This document shows, piece after piece, positions 1 to 9,306 of a DNA stretch of 49,320 nucleotides; within the stretch, counting starts at the first letter, position 1; each line of letters starts with the position of its first letter. A program made the translations under genes and the position numbers. The notes beneath the pieces were generated by a model. The model saw nothing but the letters and a program-made list of their open reading frames with translations. It was not told where the DNA came from and searched no databases. The stretch is from Chloroflexota bacterium (GTDB taxonomy: Bacteria > Chloroflexota > Dehalococcoidia > Lucifugimonadales > UBA3495), in NCBI GenBank assembly GCA_022570905.1, contig JACZYV010000003.1, forward strand, positions 1-49,320. The letters run 5' to 3'.

Positions 1-308
1 CCGTTCCAGTCCACCTCCATCATGACCCCGCCCTTGAACCGCTTCCATGAAGGGAACCTGTCCCACAATTCGTCCCGCAGCTTCCCGCCATAGAATAGGT
101 TGCCGTTGGGCAGCAGGTACCCGTAAAGGCCGGGAGGGTCGGGCATCGCCCAGTGGTGGACCTCCTCTCCGTCGAGGTTGATGAGATAGACATCCCCTGG
201 CCCGTTCATCGGGGCATAGAGCGTGTACCCCGGACAGGCCCGGTCCCGGTCCAGAGCAGTCAGTCCGGTCTTGGTGGTCCGCCGGCGTGTCTGATCATCC
301 ACGGTCAT
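1..308 (-). CDS. Aryl-sulfate sulfotransferase (ASST)-family protein, 5' part (runs off the window start)
   Basis: Not in the ORF track. My translation from ATG at 308 gives MTVDDQTRRRTTKTGLTALDRDRACPGYTLYAPMNGPGDVYLINLDGEEVHHWAMPDPPGLYGYLLPNGNLFY...EVDWN. The GYTL-x-P, YLI-x-L-D-G-x-x-VH-x-W and LLPNGNL motifs are typical of ASST beta-propellers. Confidence 0.75.
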   Translation of the reverse strand, partial: MTVDDQTRRRTTKTGLTALDRDRACPGYTLYAPMNGPGDVYLINLDGEEVHHWAMPDPPGLYGYLLPNGNLFYGGKLRDELWDRFPSWKRFKGGVMMEVDWN

Positions 309-365
309 ATAATCTTCCATCAGTTGGGTTTAGCCCCGATTCAGGAGTTAGGGCTAGCCGTCTCA

Positions 366-1646
366 TCATTTGCCACGAAAAATCACGGGAAGCCGGTCCA
401 AAGTGCGGACCGAGTTGTTGGGACGCCACAACGCCTCTCCGGCCAGTTCGATAGACCCCACCTTGTTGGCGATGGCGGTCAACACCGCATCGACCTCGGC
501 CCGCGCCACGTTCTGGCCGACGCAGCCGTGGATGCCGACGCCCAGAGCCAGGTGGTCCGACGGCATCCGGCCGATGTCGAACCGGTCCGCCTCCGGCCAA
601 TGCCTCTCGTCGAGATTAGCCGCGCCCAGTACGCAGAGGACCTTCGTGCCTTCGGCGATCTTGACCCCGCTCACTTCGGTGCCGGCACTGGCCGTACGGC
701 AAAAGGTATGGATCGGAGAGGTATAGCGCAGCGTCTCCTCGAAGGCCCAGCGCGCGAGGTTTGGGTCGGCCTTGAGCCGTTCAAATTGGTCTGTGTTGTT
801 GGCCAAGCACCAGATGGCGCTGCCCAGGACCGCAACCGTGGTGTCGACCCCGGCCGACAGGAGCGACCGCACCAGCAACCCGGCTTCATCCTCGGTGATC
901 TCGCCGGTATCGGATGCAGCATAGATCGCCGCGCCGAACCCATCCGGATTCAACCGTTCGCGCCGGCATTGCTCCATGATCCAGGGGACAACATCTGGCC
1001 CCTTCGCCATGGCGTTGCGGCGCAATTCGTTGTCGGGACCGATCGCGTTGAAGACCATCTCGCCGTAGTCGACCAGCCGCCGCCGGTCAGTTTCCCGCAG
1101 GCCCACGGCGTCCGGAAACACCGTGGTGGGATAGGTCTCCGCCAGCTCCTCTACCGCCTCGAACGTGCCTTTTTCCAAAAGCTCATCGATAAGCTTCTCG
1201 GCGGCCTCCCGGAAAGATTCGCTCAGTTTTGCCACGGACCTGGGCGAAAGGGCGCGCTCGATCACCGCGCGCGTCTTAGTGTGATAGGGCGGGTCTACCT
1301 CCAGTACTAGGCTTGGCGGCCGCCAGGGTTCCTCCAGGCTGAAGTCCTGGAGCCCAACCCCCCGTGAGGAGACGAACCGCTCCCAATCGGAGAAGACCTC
1401 CTTGGTCTCTTCGTACCGGCCGCAAGCCAGGACCGAATATCTGGATATGTAAGCGAAGGGGCCCTTGGAGCGCAACTCCGCATAGTACGCCAAGGGGTCG
1501 GAGAGGACCGCCGGGTCATAGGGATCAACATCCCATACCGGGACACCTGCTGGAACGTCAATCTCGTTATGGCCTTCTATCATCTCGGCGGATCCCCAAC
1601 TTAAAGACGGTGTGTTCCGGTCAATGATACCTGTTTCCAATGCCAT
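366..1646 (-). CDS. Cytochrome P450, CYP199-like
   Basis: I-helix LLSAGVDTT, ExxR (EETLR), heme motif GVGIHGCVG; PWRPPSLVLEVDPPYH resembles CYP199A enzymes. Confidence 0.93.
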   Translation of the reverse strand: MALETGIIDRNTPSLSWGSAEMIEGHNEIDVPAGVPVWDVDPYDPAVLSDPLAYYAELRSKGPFAYISRYSVLACGRYEETKEVFSDWERFVSSRGVGLQDFSLEEPWRPPSLVLEVDPPYHTKTRAVIERALSPRSVAKLSESFREAAEKLIDELLEKGTFEAVEELAETYPTTVFPDAVGLRETDRRRLVDYGEMVFNAIGPDNELRRNAMAKGPDVVPWIMEQCRRERLNPDGFGAAIYAASDTGEITEDEAGLLVRSLLSAGVDTTVAVLGSAIWCLANNTDQFERLKADPNLARWAFEETLRYTSPIHTFCRTASAGTEVSGVKIAEGTKVLCVLGAANLDERHWPEADRFDIGRMPSDHLALGVGIHGCVGQNVARAEVDAVLTAIANKVGSIELAGEALWRPNNSVRTLDRLPVIFRGK

Positions 1647-1811
1647 TGCTCGTGCGGGAATTTCGCCAAAACCTTTTTCCTCGCCGGCGTGCCTCTTTGG
1701 GGAACCAGCCGTACGACCCCGGTTGAACGCACACGCTGCTCACACTACGCAGCGGCGGCCTTGGTGAATACTGGCCCTAACCGCCAAATCTCGGGTTAAG
1801 CGGGAGTCCTC

Positions 1812-2213
1812 ATGTGGCGCAAGAAAATGATTACGATCGCTTCGGTTGTGTTCGGCGCACTGTTATTCGGCTCAGTGGCGTCCCTTTCCGGGTGGGGTTG
1901 GAACGCCCAAAACAATGTTGAACTCCCGACTGTTAGCGCCTCTTGGACCGAAATTGGCGCTGTAACCAGCGCGGTTGCCGGTCCGGCGCAGATAAATGTC
2001 GCGATGCCTCCTTACATCATATTGAATGCGCAAGTGGGACAAGCAACCCAGGAACCCCAGGTCCGCATTTCAATCAAAACGATGTCCGGGTCATACTCGG
2101 AATACGCAGCATCGAGAACGGCTGGCCTGAAAGCCCAGCAGGTTGGTTTTTTTGGACCGGTCAAACTGGGTTCTTTCGGCGGATCACACTCGAGTTTAAA
2201 AACCTGGGAGTAA
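1812..2213 (+). CDS. Hypothetical exported protein
   Basis: GGGAG RBS, basic N-terminus plus hydrophobic signal-like stretch, followed by a terminator hairpin. Confidence 0.55.
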   Translation: MWRKKMITIASVVFGALLFGSVASLSGWGWNAQNNVELPTVSASWTEIGAVTSAVAGPAQINVAMPPYIILNAQVGQATQEPQVRISIKTMSGSYSEYAASRTAGLKAQQVGFFGPVKLGSFGGSHSSLKTWE

Positions 2214-2233
2214 ATTCCCAAGGACAAGGACAT

Positions 2234-2265
2234 AAAAGACCCCCGGCGTGAGCCGGGGGTCTTTT
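2234..2265. terminator. Bidirectional intrinsic terminator
   Basis: AAAAGACCCCCGGC-GTGA-GCCGGGGGTCTTTT perfect stem between convergent genes. Confidence 0.85.
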
Positions 2266-2294
2266 CGCGCTTCACATTGAGAATCGATGGCAGC

Positions 2295-2588
2295 CTATGT
2301 GGGCCACGGCTTCGATTCTTCCGGGGGCGGAGGCGAACCGGGGGGAGCCAGCTCCAGCCAGTCCTCGGAGATCGTCTCAGTGATCCCGTTATCGACCGTG
2401 ACGTAATATTCCGGCGGGACATCGGGCTCCCGCTCCAGAAAGGTGCCGGGCCAGTCTTGAAATAATTGGGGCGCGATCAACCCCAGAGTCCCTTTGGCCC
2501 CTTCGGATGGGGGTCTAAAGAGGCCGCCGTCCTGGCTCTTGATCAGCACCCGTTGGTCGACTTTGTAGATGTGATGCCTTATCACCAT
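2295..2588 (-). CDS. Small hypothetical protein, possible SH3/KOW-like barrel
   Basis: 97 aa; YKVDQRVLI...YYVTVDNG...SEDWLELA pattern; same strand as and downstream of NIPSNAP. Confidence 0.55.
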   Translation of the reverse strand: MVIRHHIYKVDQRVLIKSQDGGLFRPPSEGAKGTLGLIAPQLFQDWPGTFLEREPDVPPEYYVTVDNGITETISEDWLELAPPGSPPPPEESKPWPT

Positions 2589-2662
2589 AGGCCCGTCTCA
2601 CCAGATCATATTACGGTTCGTGAACCAAATCGTGGGCCGGTTGATGCCCGGTTAATGCCCGG

Positions 2663-3274
2663 CTAATGCATCGGAGAGAAGCTGGCCGGCACCATGATCT
2701 TGTTCTCTTGGCGGACGCGGCCCGGAGCACCCGAGGGCCAGCCTTCGATCTTTTTCGCCCGTATCTCGGCCCGGTGGTTCAGGTCTTTATAGGGCCAGAT
2801 GTGCATCCACCGGTTCAGGCCGCCGAACTCAGTGAACATGCCGGCCGCCAATGGAGAATACTTCTCCCGCTCGGGGAGGGCCGCCGCCCAGAGCTTGAGC
2901 AATTCGGGGATGGAGCCTGGCTCGTAGGTGTAAGTACGCATCTCGTAGATGCCGCCCAGCGCCTGGTCACCGCCCAGGGGCTTCATGAAGGGGGCGGGGT
3001 TCCAGATCTCCGAGTTCATGTTTAGGATGTTGCCTGGGGTGATCTTGGGCGGCCAGTTGGGCTCTTTACCGGCTTCCGCGCGGATGCGGTCTCGCTCTTC
3101 CAAGTTTTCGTAGCCCCAGACGTGGATGATCTGGTTCAGAGGGCCGATCTCAGTGTGCCAGAAGGCGGCGATGGGCGAATACTTCTCCCGGTAAGGCAGC
3201 GCCTCGGCAAAGGCCTCCTCCGCCTGCGGGACGGCTCCGGGCTTCAGATCATAGGTGCGTACTTCGTAGATCAT
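2663..3274 (-). CDS. NIPSNAP family protein (two tandem domains)
   Basis: Repeated IYE(V/M)RTY...G-x-LN...H(V/I)W-x-Y motifs. Confidence 0.9.
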   Translation of the reverse strand: MIYEVRTYDLKPGAVPQAEEAFAEALPYREKYSPIAAFWHTEIGPLNQIIHVWGYENLEERDRIRAEAGKEPNWPPKITPGNILNMNSEIWNPAPFMKPLGGDQALGGIYEMRTYTYEPGSIPELLKLWAAALPEREKYSPLAAGMFTEFGGLNRWMHIWPYKDLNHRAEIRAKKIEGWPSGAPGRVRQENKIMVPASFSPMH

Positions 3275-3487
3275 CTCGCTCTCCGTGATAATTTATGGCT
3301 TTCCGTTGGGTAGCTATCATATCCCACTCAGCTTTCCAGCCGCCAGTGTACCAAATCCGGGCGGAGAATCTAGCTGTGCCTATATCGTCATTCCAGCAGA
3401 CGCTGGAATCTAGAGTGGTTTCCCGGAAAACGGGAAGTGGATGGAGTGGGTTTATGCGTGAGCCGCGCGTATCCGGCGGCGCTGACC

Positions 3488-5326
3488 CTAATCCCTGGCG
3501 CGGGCCACCCCGCGGCGGGCGCGTTTGCGGTCCAAGGCGGAGAGGTCCATCTTCCGGAGGCGGTAGTTCTTGGGTGTAACCTCCAGCAGTTCATCGTCCG
3601 AGATGAACTCCAGGGCCTCTTCCAGGCTCATATTCACCGTGGCGTTCAGGCGTTTGGCCACATCGGCCGTGGACGAGCGCATGTTGGTTAGCTTCTTCTC
3701 TTTACAAACGTTGATCTCGATATCGCCTTCGCGCCGGTGAGAACCAACGATCATGCCTTCGTAGACGGCGGTGCCCGGGTCGATAAACGTTTCGCCCCGG
3801 CCCTGGGCGTTCAGCAACCCATAGGTGACGGCGACGCCGCGCTCGGAGGCGACCAATACGCCGCCCGGCTGAGCCTTGACCTCTCCTTCCATGGGCTCGT
3901 AGGAAGTGAATCTGCTGCTCTTCACCCCGTCGCCCCGGCAGGTGCGGAGAAAGAACGAATTGAACCCGATCAGCCCGCGGGTGGGTATCTTGTACTCCAG
4001 GTGAACGTAGCCGTTGTCGTCGTAGCGCATGTCCCGGAGTTGGGCCAGGCGGCCGGACAGGTACTCGGTAAGCGCGCCCACGTACTCATCGCTGGTGCTG
4101 ATGTTCAGTATCTCGTAGGGCTCGTGGATCTTCCCGTCGATCACCTTGGTGACGGGCTCGGGCCGGGACACCTGAAATTCGAACTGCTCCCGGCGCATAG
4201 TCTCAACAAGGATGGAAAGGTGCAGCTCACCACGGCCGGCAACCACGAACAGGTCCGAGCTGGAAGTAGTCTCGACCTGGAGGCTGACGTTAGTCCGCAG
4301 TTCTTTGAATAGCCGTTCGTGTAGATTGCGGGAGGTGCAGTGGTCTCCCTCTTGGCCCATGAACGGCGAGGTGCTGACGCCAAAGGTCATCCGCACCGTC
4401 GGCTCGCCGATGTCGATGGTGGGTAGGGCCTCGGGACTTTCCTGGGAGGCGATGGTGTCACCGATGGAGACGCCCTCGGGACCGGTCACGGCCACGATGT
4501 CCCCGGCCTTGGCCTCGGGCACTTCCACGCGCTCCATGCCCCGGAACACGAATATGCGCTCCAGGTTGTGGGTGGATGACTTGCCGTCGCGGCCCAAAAC
4601 AACCACGTTGTCGCGCAGCTTAAGGGTGCCTCGGGTAACACGGCCCAGGGCCACCTGTCCCAGATAGTTGTCGTGATCCAGCGCGGCCACCAGCATCTGC
4701 AGCGGGGCGCCTGGGTCTCCGGTGGGCGGCGGCACCGATTCTAATATCGCGTCAAAAAGGGGCGACATGTCCGTGCCCGGCACGTCTGGGTCGGTGGTGG
4801 CCCAACCCTGTTTAGCCGATGTGTAAAGGACCGGGAACTCCAACTGATCGGCGTTGGTGGCCAGTTCCAAGAACAGGTCCTGGACCAGCTTAACCACCTC
4901 TTCCACCCTGGCCTCGGCGCGGTCAATCTTGTTGATCACCACCATGGGCATCACGTTCTGTTGGAGGGCCTGGCGAAGCACGTAGGTCGTCTGGGGCATG
5001 GGGCCGTCCACGGCGTCCACCAATAGCAGGCAGCCGTCGGCCATGTTCATGATCCGCTCAACCTCACCGCTGAAGTCGGCGTGGCCCGGCGTGTCGATGA
5101 TGTTGATCCGCACATCCTTGTAGGTGACGGAGGCGTTCTTGGCCAAGATGGTGATGCCGCGCTCCCGCTCCAGGGGATTGGTGTCCATGATCAACTCGCC
5201 AACCTGCTGGTGGGCGTGGAAAACGTGGCCCTGTTTCAACAAAGCGTCGACCAGGGTGGTTTTGCCATGGTCGACGTGCGCGATGATGGCCAGGTTGCGA
5301 ATGCCGTTGTTCTGATAGCCGCTCAA
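3488..5326 (-). CDS. typA: Translational GTPase TypA/BipA
   Basis: [37 protein letters not shown]-terminal KKLTNMRSS. Confidence 0.97.
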   Translation of the reverse strand: MSGYQNNGIRNLAIIAHVDHGKTTLVDALLKQGHVFHAHQQVGELIMDTNPLERERGITILAKNASVTYKDVRINIIDTPGHADFSGEVERIMNMADGCLLLVDAVDGPMPQTTYVLRQALQQNVMPMVVINKIDRAEARVEEVVKLVQDLFLELATNADQLEFPVLYTSAKQGWATTDPDVPGTDMSPLFDAILESVPPPTGDPGAPLQMLVAALDHDNYLGQVALGRVTRGTLKLRDNVVVLGRDGKSSTHNLERIFVFRGMERVEVPEAKAGDIVAVTGPEGVSIGDTIASQESPEALPTIDIGEPTVRMTFGVSTSPFMGQEGDHCTSRNLHERLFKELRTNVSLQVETTSSSDLFVVAGRGELHLSILVETMRREQFEFQVSRPEPVTKVIDGKIHEPYEILNISTSDEYVGALTEYLSGRLAQLRDMRYDDNGYVHLEYKIPTRGLIGFNSFFLRTCRGDGVKSSRFTSYEPMEGEVKAQPGGVLVASERGVAVTYGLLNAQGRGETFIDPGTAVYEGMIVGSHRREGDIEINVCKEKKLTNMRSSTADVAKRLNATVNMSLEEALEFISDDELLEVTPKNYRLRKMDLSALDRKRARRGVARARD

Positions 5327-5456
5327 ATCAATTTACCCCACCCATCATGATAGCATCAGGCCGGAATCATTGCTGGTGTCTACATATTCGGTTATGGACG
5401 CCCAGGCACGAGTGGGTGTCTTAATCCGTAGCCTAAATCCGGAAAGGATGCTTCCA

Positions 5457-5591
5457 ATGTCAGCGGAAGAGGATATTCGACGAACAATCGCCAACAGCTA
5501 CGATCTCAACGACTGGGCGCCCATGGAATCGGTCCTAGCCCGGCGCGAGGCCCTGGGATCACGTGAGGACGTGCCGAAAGACTGCGGTTGA
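5457..5591 (+). pseudogene. Possible gene remnant (SnoaL/NTF2-like N-terminus) running into a repeat
   Basis: AAAGGA RBS then MSAEEDIRRTIA..., resembling the first helix of SnoaL-type proteins; only 44 codons and the end lies in the 61-bp repeat. Confidence 0.3.
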
Positions 5592-5742
5592 CCTTCCACC
5601 GTAGGGGCGGGTTTCCAAGTTGGCGTCGTCTCGATCACGATCGAGTTGCCTGGATACCGGCGCAAGCTGAAATCACGTGAGGACGTGCCGAAAGACTGTG
5701 GTCGACCTTCCACCGTAGGAGCGGGTTTTCAACCCGCCCTAC
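5558..5742 (+). repeat. Two ~61-bp direct repeats (5558-5618, 5672-5732), the second ending in a complete GTAG-type REP-like palindrome (5715-5742)
   Basis: ATCACGTGAGGACGTGCCGAAAGACTG(C/T)GGT(T/C)GACCTTCCACCGTAGG(G/A)GCGGGTTT(C/T)CAA occurs twice, 114 bp apart. Confidence 0.85.
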
Positions 5743-5788
5743 AGTTGATAACCTGCCCGCTGCCAGGGTTTCTGGACCCAGGCAACGC

Positions 5789-7978
5789 CTAGTTGGCCGT
5801 GAGGTCTAGGATGGTCGCCTCGCCCTGCCGCCAGGTCCCGGTTTGGCGAACGTCTTTGCCGCCGATGGTGAAGGTGACGGTCTTGCCGGCAAAGCTCTGT
5901 CCCGATGGCTGGCCGGCATTCAGGACGTACTCGCCCTTCTTGACGGTGGCCTCACCGGCGTTGATGGAACCGGAGACCGGAATCGATAGTGAGGCGCTGT
6001 CCGTTTCACCAGAGTTTGCGGTGGCGGTGACCTTGATGATCAGTGAGGAGGCGTCTGATCCGGCGATCCAGGCGATCACCACGGCGCCATCCGGCGCCGG
6101 CGCTCCGTCCAAGGTTGCTTTCCCAACGAACACGTTGGGAGGAACATTGGAAGTGGCGGCAACGCTGGCCGCCCTCCTCGGCAACACGTAGGTGTGAGTG
6201 AATGGCGCTGTCGTAGTCACCGTTTCTATCCCGCCCACAGTGAAGGTGACGAACGCGATGTCAGAGTCGTTGTCAGTTTCGGCCCTGATCACGATCGTAT
6301 CGCCGGCTGTGGCCCTGGCGTTGGCCGCCGGGCTGGTGATCTTGACGTTCACCGTGGTGATGTTCCGTACGATTCTGACGCTCACCGAATCGCTGACTGC
6401 ATCACCGGTCCCGTCAGTGGCGGTGGCGGTGATCTTTAGAGGCAGGGGAACGTCATCCGAGGTGTAGGGCACGAAATACCTCATGGCGTACGGTGGCGCG
6501 GAGACCGGGGTCTGGTCTACTCCGTTAACCGTGAAGATAACTTTGATCACGCCCGTGCCGGTTACTGCGGCGCGGATGATGATTGTGTCGCCTTCGGCTA
6601 TGGCCTCGCTGGCGCCGGCTACGGTGGAAGGGCGGGACGTTGGCGTCAGAACCGTGGCCGCGCTGACGGCTGGACTGGTGATCTTGACGCCCAAGTCTGA
6701 GGACTGGACCACCCGCAAGGTGATGGAGTCTGAACCCTCATTGCCCTCGGCGTCCGCCGCCGTGGCTTTCACCCTTAAGGACGAAACACCGGACGGGACT
6801 GTGACGTCCACGGTGTACGGGGCTTCAGTCAGTTTGGCGACGTCAGTTCCGGCGACATTGAAAATCACGGACACCACTCCCCGGTCGTCTTTGGCCTCCG
6901 CGGTGACGGTGACGACGTCGTTGGCGGAAACGGACGTTCCGGAGGATGGCGAGATTATCCGGATAACCGGAGACAGGTTCACCGCCGGTTTGTCGTCCGG
7001 TTTAGGTCTGTTCAAACACTCGTCAGTCACACGTTGACGTTGGCTGGTGCTGAATTCCGTGATGCTGGTGGCCCGGATGCCCGCGATGCTCCGGGCGCAT
7101 TCGAATACGACCGGTCCTATGCCGGCACGTCTTTCTCTGGCCGTTCTGTCCGCCTGCATCGCCCGAATCTTGCTCAGAACAAAGTCCCGCAATTCGGTCC
7201 CGGCGTTCTCCGCGGTTTTCCGGAGACGTTTTTCTTGGGCGTCGTCCCGCTGCTCACGCAATCTAGCCAGGAGACTGACCTTGAGCGGGTCGTCCGCTTC
7301 GGCTTTGGACAGCCGGTCCAGCCGGTCGTCTACGGTCTTGGCCCTGAACAAGCCGCGGACCCTCTCGCCGATGCCACTCCGGCCCGCTCTCTGGACCAGA
7401 ATGATGATGGCGTCGCCCTTCTCGATCCCGGCGCCGCGGCCGGGCAGTTCGGTCTTGACACCGTCGGCGTCCAGGGCGGTTAGGTCATCTCCCTGCTTGC
7501 CGGCGGCGATGGTCCGTTTGTGCGAGCGGGTTGCCTTTTCTGGGATGACTATGATCTTCCGTGCGATCCGGATCTCAGAAAACGCGATGCCGTTGGCGTC
7601 GGTTATCGCCTTGTCCACCGAGCCGGCGATCCTGAAACCCAGTGCAATGGGCAAGCCTGCCAGGCCCACATCTTGGTCCGGAGGAACGTCGATCACGGTG
7701 CTGCCACTGACGACCAGTTGAAAGAGCGTTCCTTTGGATTCGATGGCCAACCGGCCATCGATGATGCTGACCGATCTAACCACGCCGGTGAACCCCCGTC
7801 CGATGGCGGCGCTGCTCTGGGCTGAAGCCGTGCCGGCGAACATGGCCAACAGCAACGCTCCGCAAAGGGCGGCGATCAAGGCGAGACTCAGCCGGTGGGA
7901 TGGGGCCCGCTGAGTGGAAATGGCTTGATGTGGCTCTGACACGGGTGCTCCTGTAGTTCGAGGATCTCTATCTGGCAT
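5789..7978 (-). CDS. Secreted/surface protein with three bacterial Ig-like repeats
   Basis: Signal peptide (..TASA/Q); three (V/I)xI(I/T)SP...V-x-F-x-V-x-G...AP(Y/F)...ATA-x-(D/N) repeats. Confidence 0.85.
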   Translation of the reverse strand: MPDRDPRTTGAPVSEPHQAISTQRAPSHRLSLALIAALCGALLLAMFAGTASAQSSAAIGRGFTGVVRSVSIIDGRLAIESKGTLFQLVVSGSTVIDVPPDQDVGLAGLPIALGFRIAGSVDKAITDANGIAFSEIRIARKIIVIPEKATRSHKRTIAAGKQGDDLTALDADGVKTELPGRGAGIEKGDAIIILVQRAGRSGIGERVRGLFRAKTVDDRLDRLSKAEADDPLKVSLLARLREQRDDAQEKRLRKTAENAGTELRDFVLSKIRAMQADRTARERRAGIGPVVFECARSIAGIRATSITEFSTSQRQRVTDECLNRPKPDDKPAVNLSPVIRIISPSSGTSVSANDVVTVTAEAKDDRGVVSVIFNVAGTDVAKLTEAPYTVDVTVPSGVSSLRVKATAADAEGNEGSDSITLRVVQSSDLGVKITSPAVSAATVLTPTSRPSTVAGASEAIAEGDTIIIRAAVTGTGVIKVIFTVNGVDQTPVSAPPYAMRYFVPYTSDDVPLPLKITATATDGTGDAVSDSVSVRIVRNITTVNVKITSPAANARATAGDTIVIRAETDNDSDIAFVTFTVGGIETVTTTAPFTHTYVLPRRAASVAATSNVPPNVFVGKATLDGAPAPDGAVVIAWIAGSDASSLIIKVTATANSGETDSASLSIPVSGSINAGEATVKKGEYVLNAGQPSGQSFAGKTVTFTIGGKDVRQTGTWRQGEATILDLTAN

Positions 7979-8002
7979 ATAGGGTCAGTGGGCTGTCTCC
8001 GG

Positions 8003-8479
8003 TTAGGGCAGGTAGATAGCAACTAGAACCAGGTCCAGTTGCTCGCCACTGGCCACGCTCACGACCACCTCGATGATATTCGGGCCCTCCTCCAACGGCA
8101 CATCCAACGAGAACTCACCGTCGATGTCTGGCTCCACGATGGCGTCGTTGATGGTCACCACGGCATCGACACGGGTCCGGCCGGCCACAGACAAGGAATC
8201 GACATCGGTGAACACCTCGGTTTCAGAGGGGCTGATCAATTGCAGGAACAACTCGCCTTCCGTCGCCACCGGAGTTGCGGTTGGGGTCTCGGTGGCCGAG
8301 GCCACGATGGCGTCTGGAGCCGGGGTATTGCCGGGAACCAGGGTTGCCGGGGGAGTCCCAGGGGTCGGGTCGGGAGTCTCGTTTCCGCCAACACCATCGC
8401 CCTCGCCACCACCACCACACGCCAGCAGCGTCAGCAGTAAAAACCCGAGAAACAAATAGAAAAATGCTTGCTTGCTCAT
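8003..8479 (-). CDS. Lipoprotein with Pro/Thr linker and Ig-like domain
   Basis: Lipobox LLAC; C-terminal ISP...V-x-GRT...V(T)IN...GEFS...LEEGPNIIEV Ig-like motif. Confidence 0.8.
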   Translation of the reverse strand: MSKQAFFYLFLGFLLLTLLACGGGGEGDGVGGNETPDPTPGTPPATLVPGNTPAPDAIVASATETPTATPVATEGELFLQLISPSETEVFTDVDSLSVAGRTRVDAVVTINDAIVEPDIDGEFSLDVPLEEGPNIIEVVVSVASGEQLDLVLVAIYLP

Positions 8480-8722
8480 GTAGGGGAATCTGTTCCCGAT
8501 AGCGAAAAGCTGAGTGCGAAATTGACGGGAACATGGGGGAATTTCCCGGCCCGATCGGAGATGCGTTCCGCCTCATTTAATATGCTGGGCCAGTACGGCC
8601 GTTACGGCAAGCCGTTTTCACTGCGCGTCTTTCGTTTGTCTTGGGACTGCCCTGCCGTTAGGCGGTGTGGCATAATCCCATTGCCAAATCCGAAATTTTG
8701 CCAGTTCATTCCGGAGACATCG

Positions 8723-9259
8723 ATGGATTCAATCGCTTTCATCGCGGACTGCTTGGCCCAGGTACACCTGAGGTTGATGGCCACCTGCGAGGGCCTGAGC
8801 ACGGAGCAGTTGCTCTGGCGTCCGGCGCCCACAGCCAACAACATTGGGTTCATCCTCTGGCACCTGGTCAGAAACGAAGATGCCCGAGTGACCAACACCG
8901 GCAAGCTGGATGGGGACATCTGGGCCTCGGAAAGTTGGCACGATAAGTTCGGCCAGCCGGCCACCGCTCCCGACCCCGGCGACCGCATGGGCCTGCGCGC
9001 GTTGGCCATCCCCTCATTGGACGTGCTGGTGGGTTATGCCGGGGCGGTGCACCAACGGACGCTCAAGTACCTCTCGGGGTTGACTCCGGAAAGTCTGGAC
9101 CAACTGCCCGACCCGGAACGCCCCGACTTCGCCGTGAGCGGCTCGCTGCGCCATATGATCACCCACAAGAACAACCACCACGGCCAGATAGACTACCTTC
9201 GCGGCCTCCAGGACGAGGCGTGGGACCTGCCCCCGGGCACTGGGGTGGTGCTGCCCTGA
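8723..9259 (+). CDS. DinB family protein
   Basis: NNIGFILWHL and H-x3-HHGQIDYLR motifs; ATG at 8723 follows a GGAG RBS (the ORF-track start at 8468 is too long). Confidence 0.88.
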   Translation: MDSIAFIADCLAQVHLRLMATCEGLSTEQLLWRPAPTANNIGFILWHLVRNEDARVTNTGKLDGDIWASESWHDKFGQPATAPDPGDRMGLRALAIPSLDVLVGYAGAVHQRTLKYLSGLTPESLDQLPDPERPDFAVSGSLRHMITHKNNHHGQIDYLRGLQDEAWDLPPGTGVVLP

Positions 9260-9306
9260 CCCGCTAGAGCCCGCCGGAAACGACGCCAAACTACTGGAGT
9301 GTAAAT

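Noticed and set aside
153-1310. 385-aa + strand ORF
   Set aside because: Antisense shadow of the P450 gene; no motifs. Such shadows are expected with high third-position GC.
5558-5742. Possible mini CRISPR array (repeat-spacer-repeat), tempting given the Cas4-like gene
   Set aside because: Only two 61-bp units, too long and imperfect for CRISPR repeats; no leader or cas genes adjacent; the Cas4-like gene is 13 kb away.
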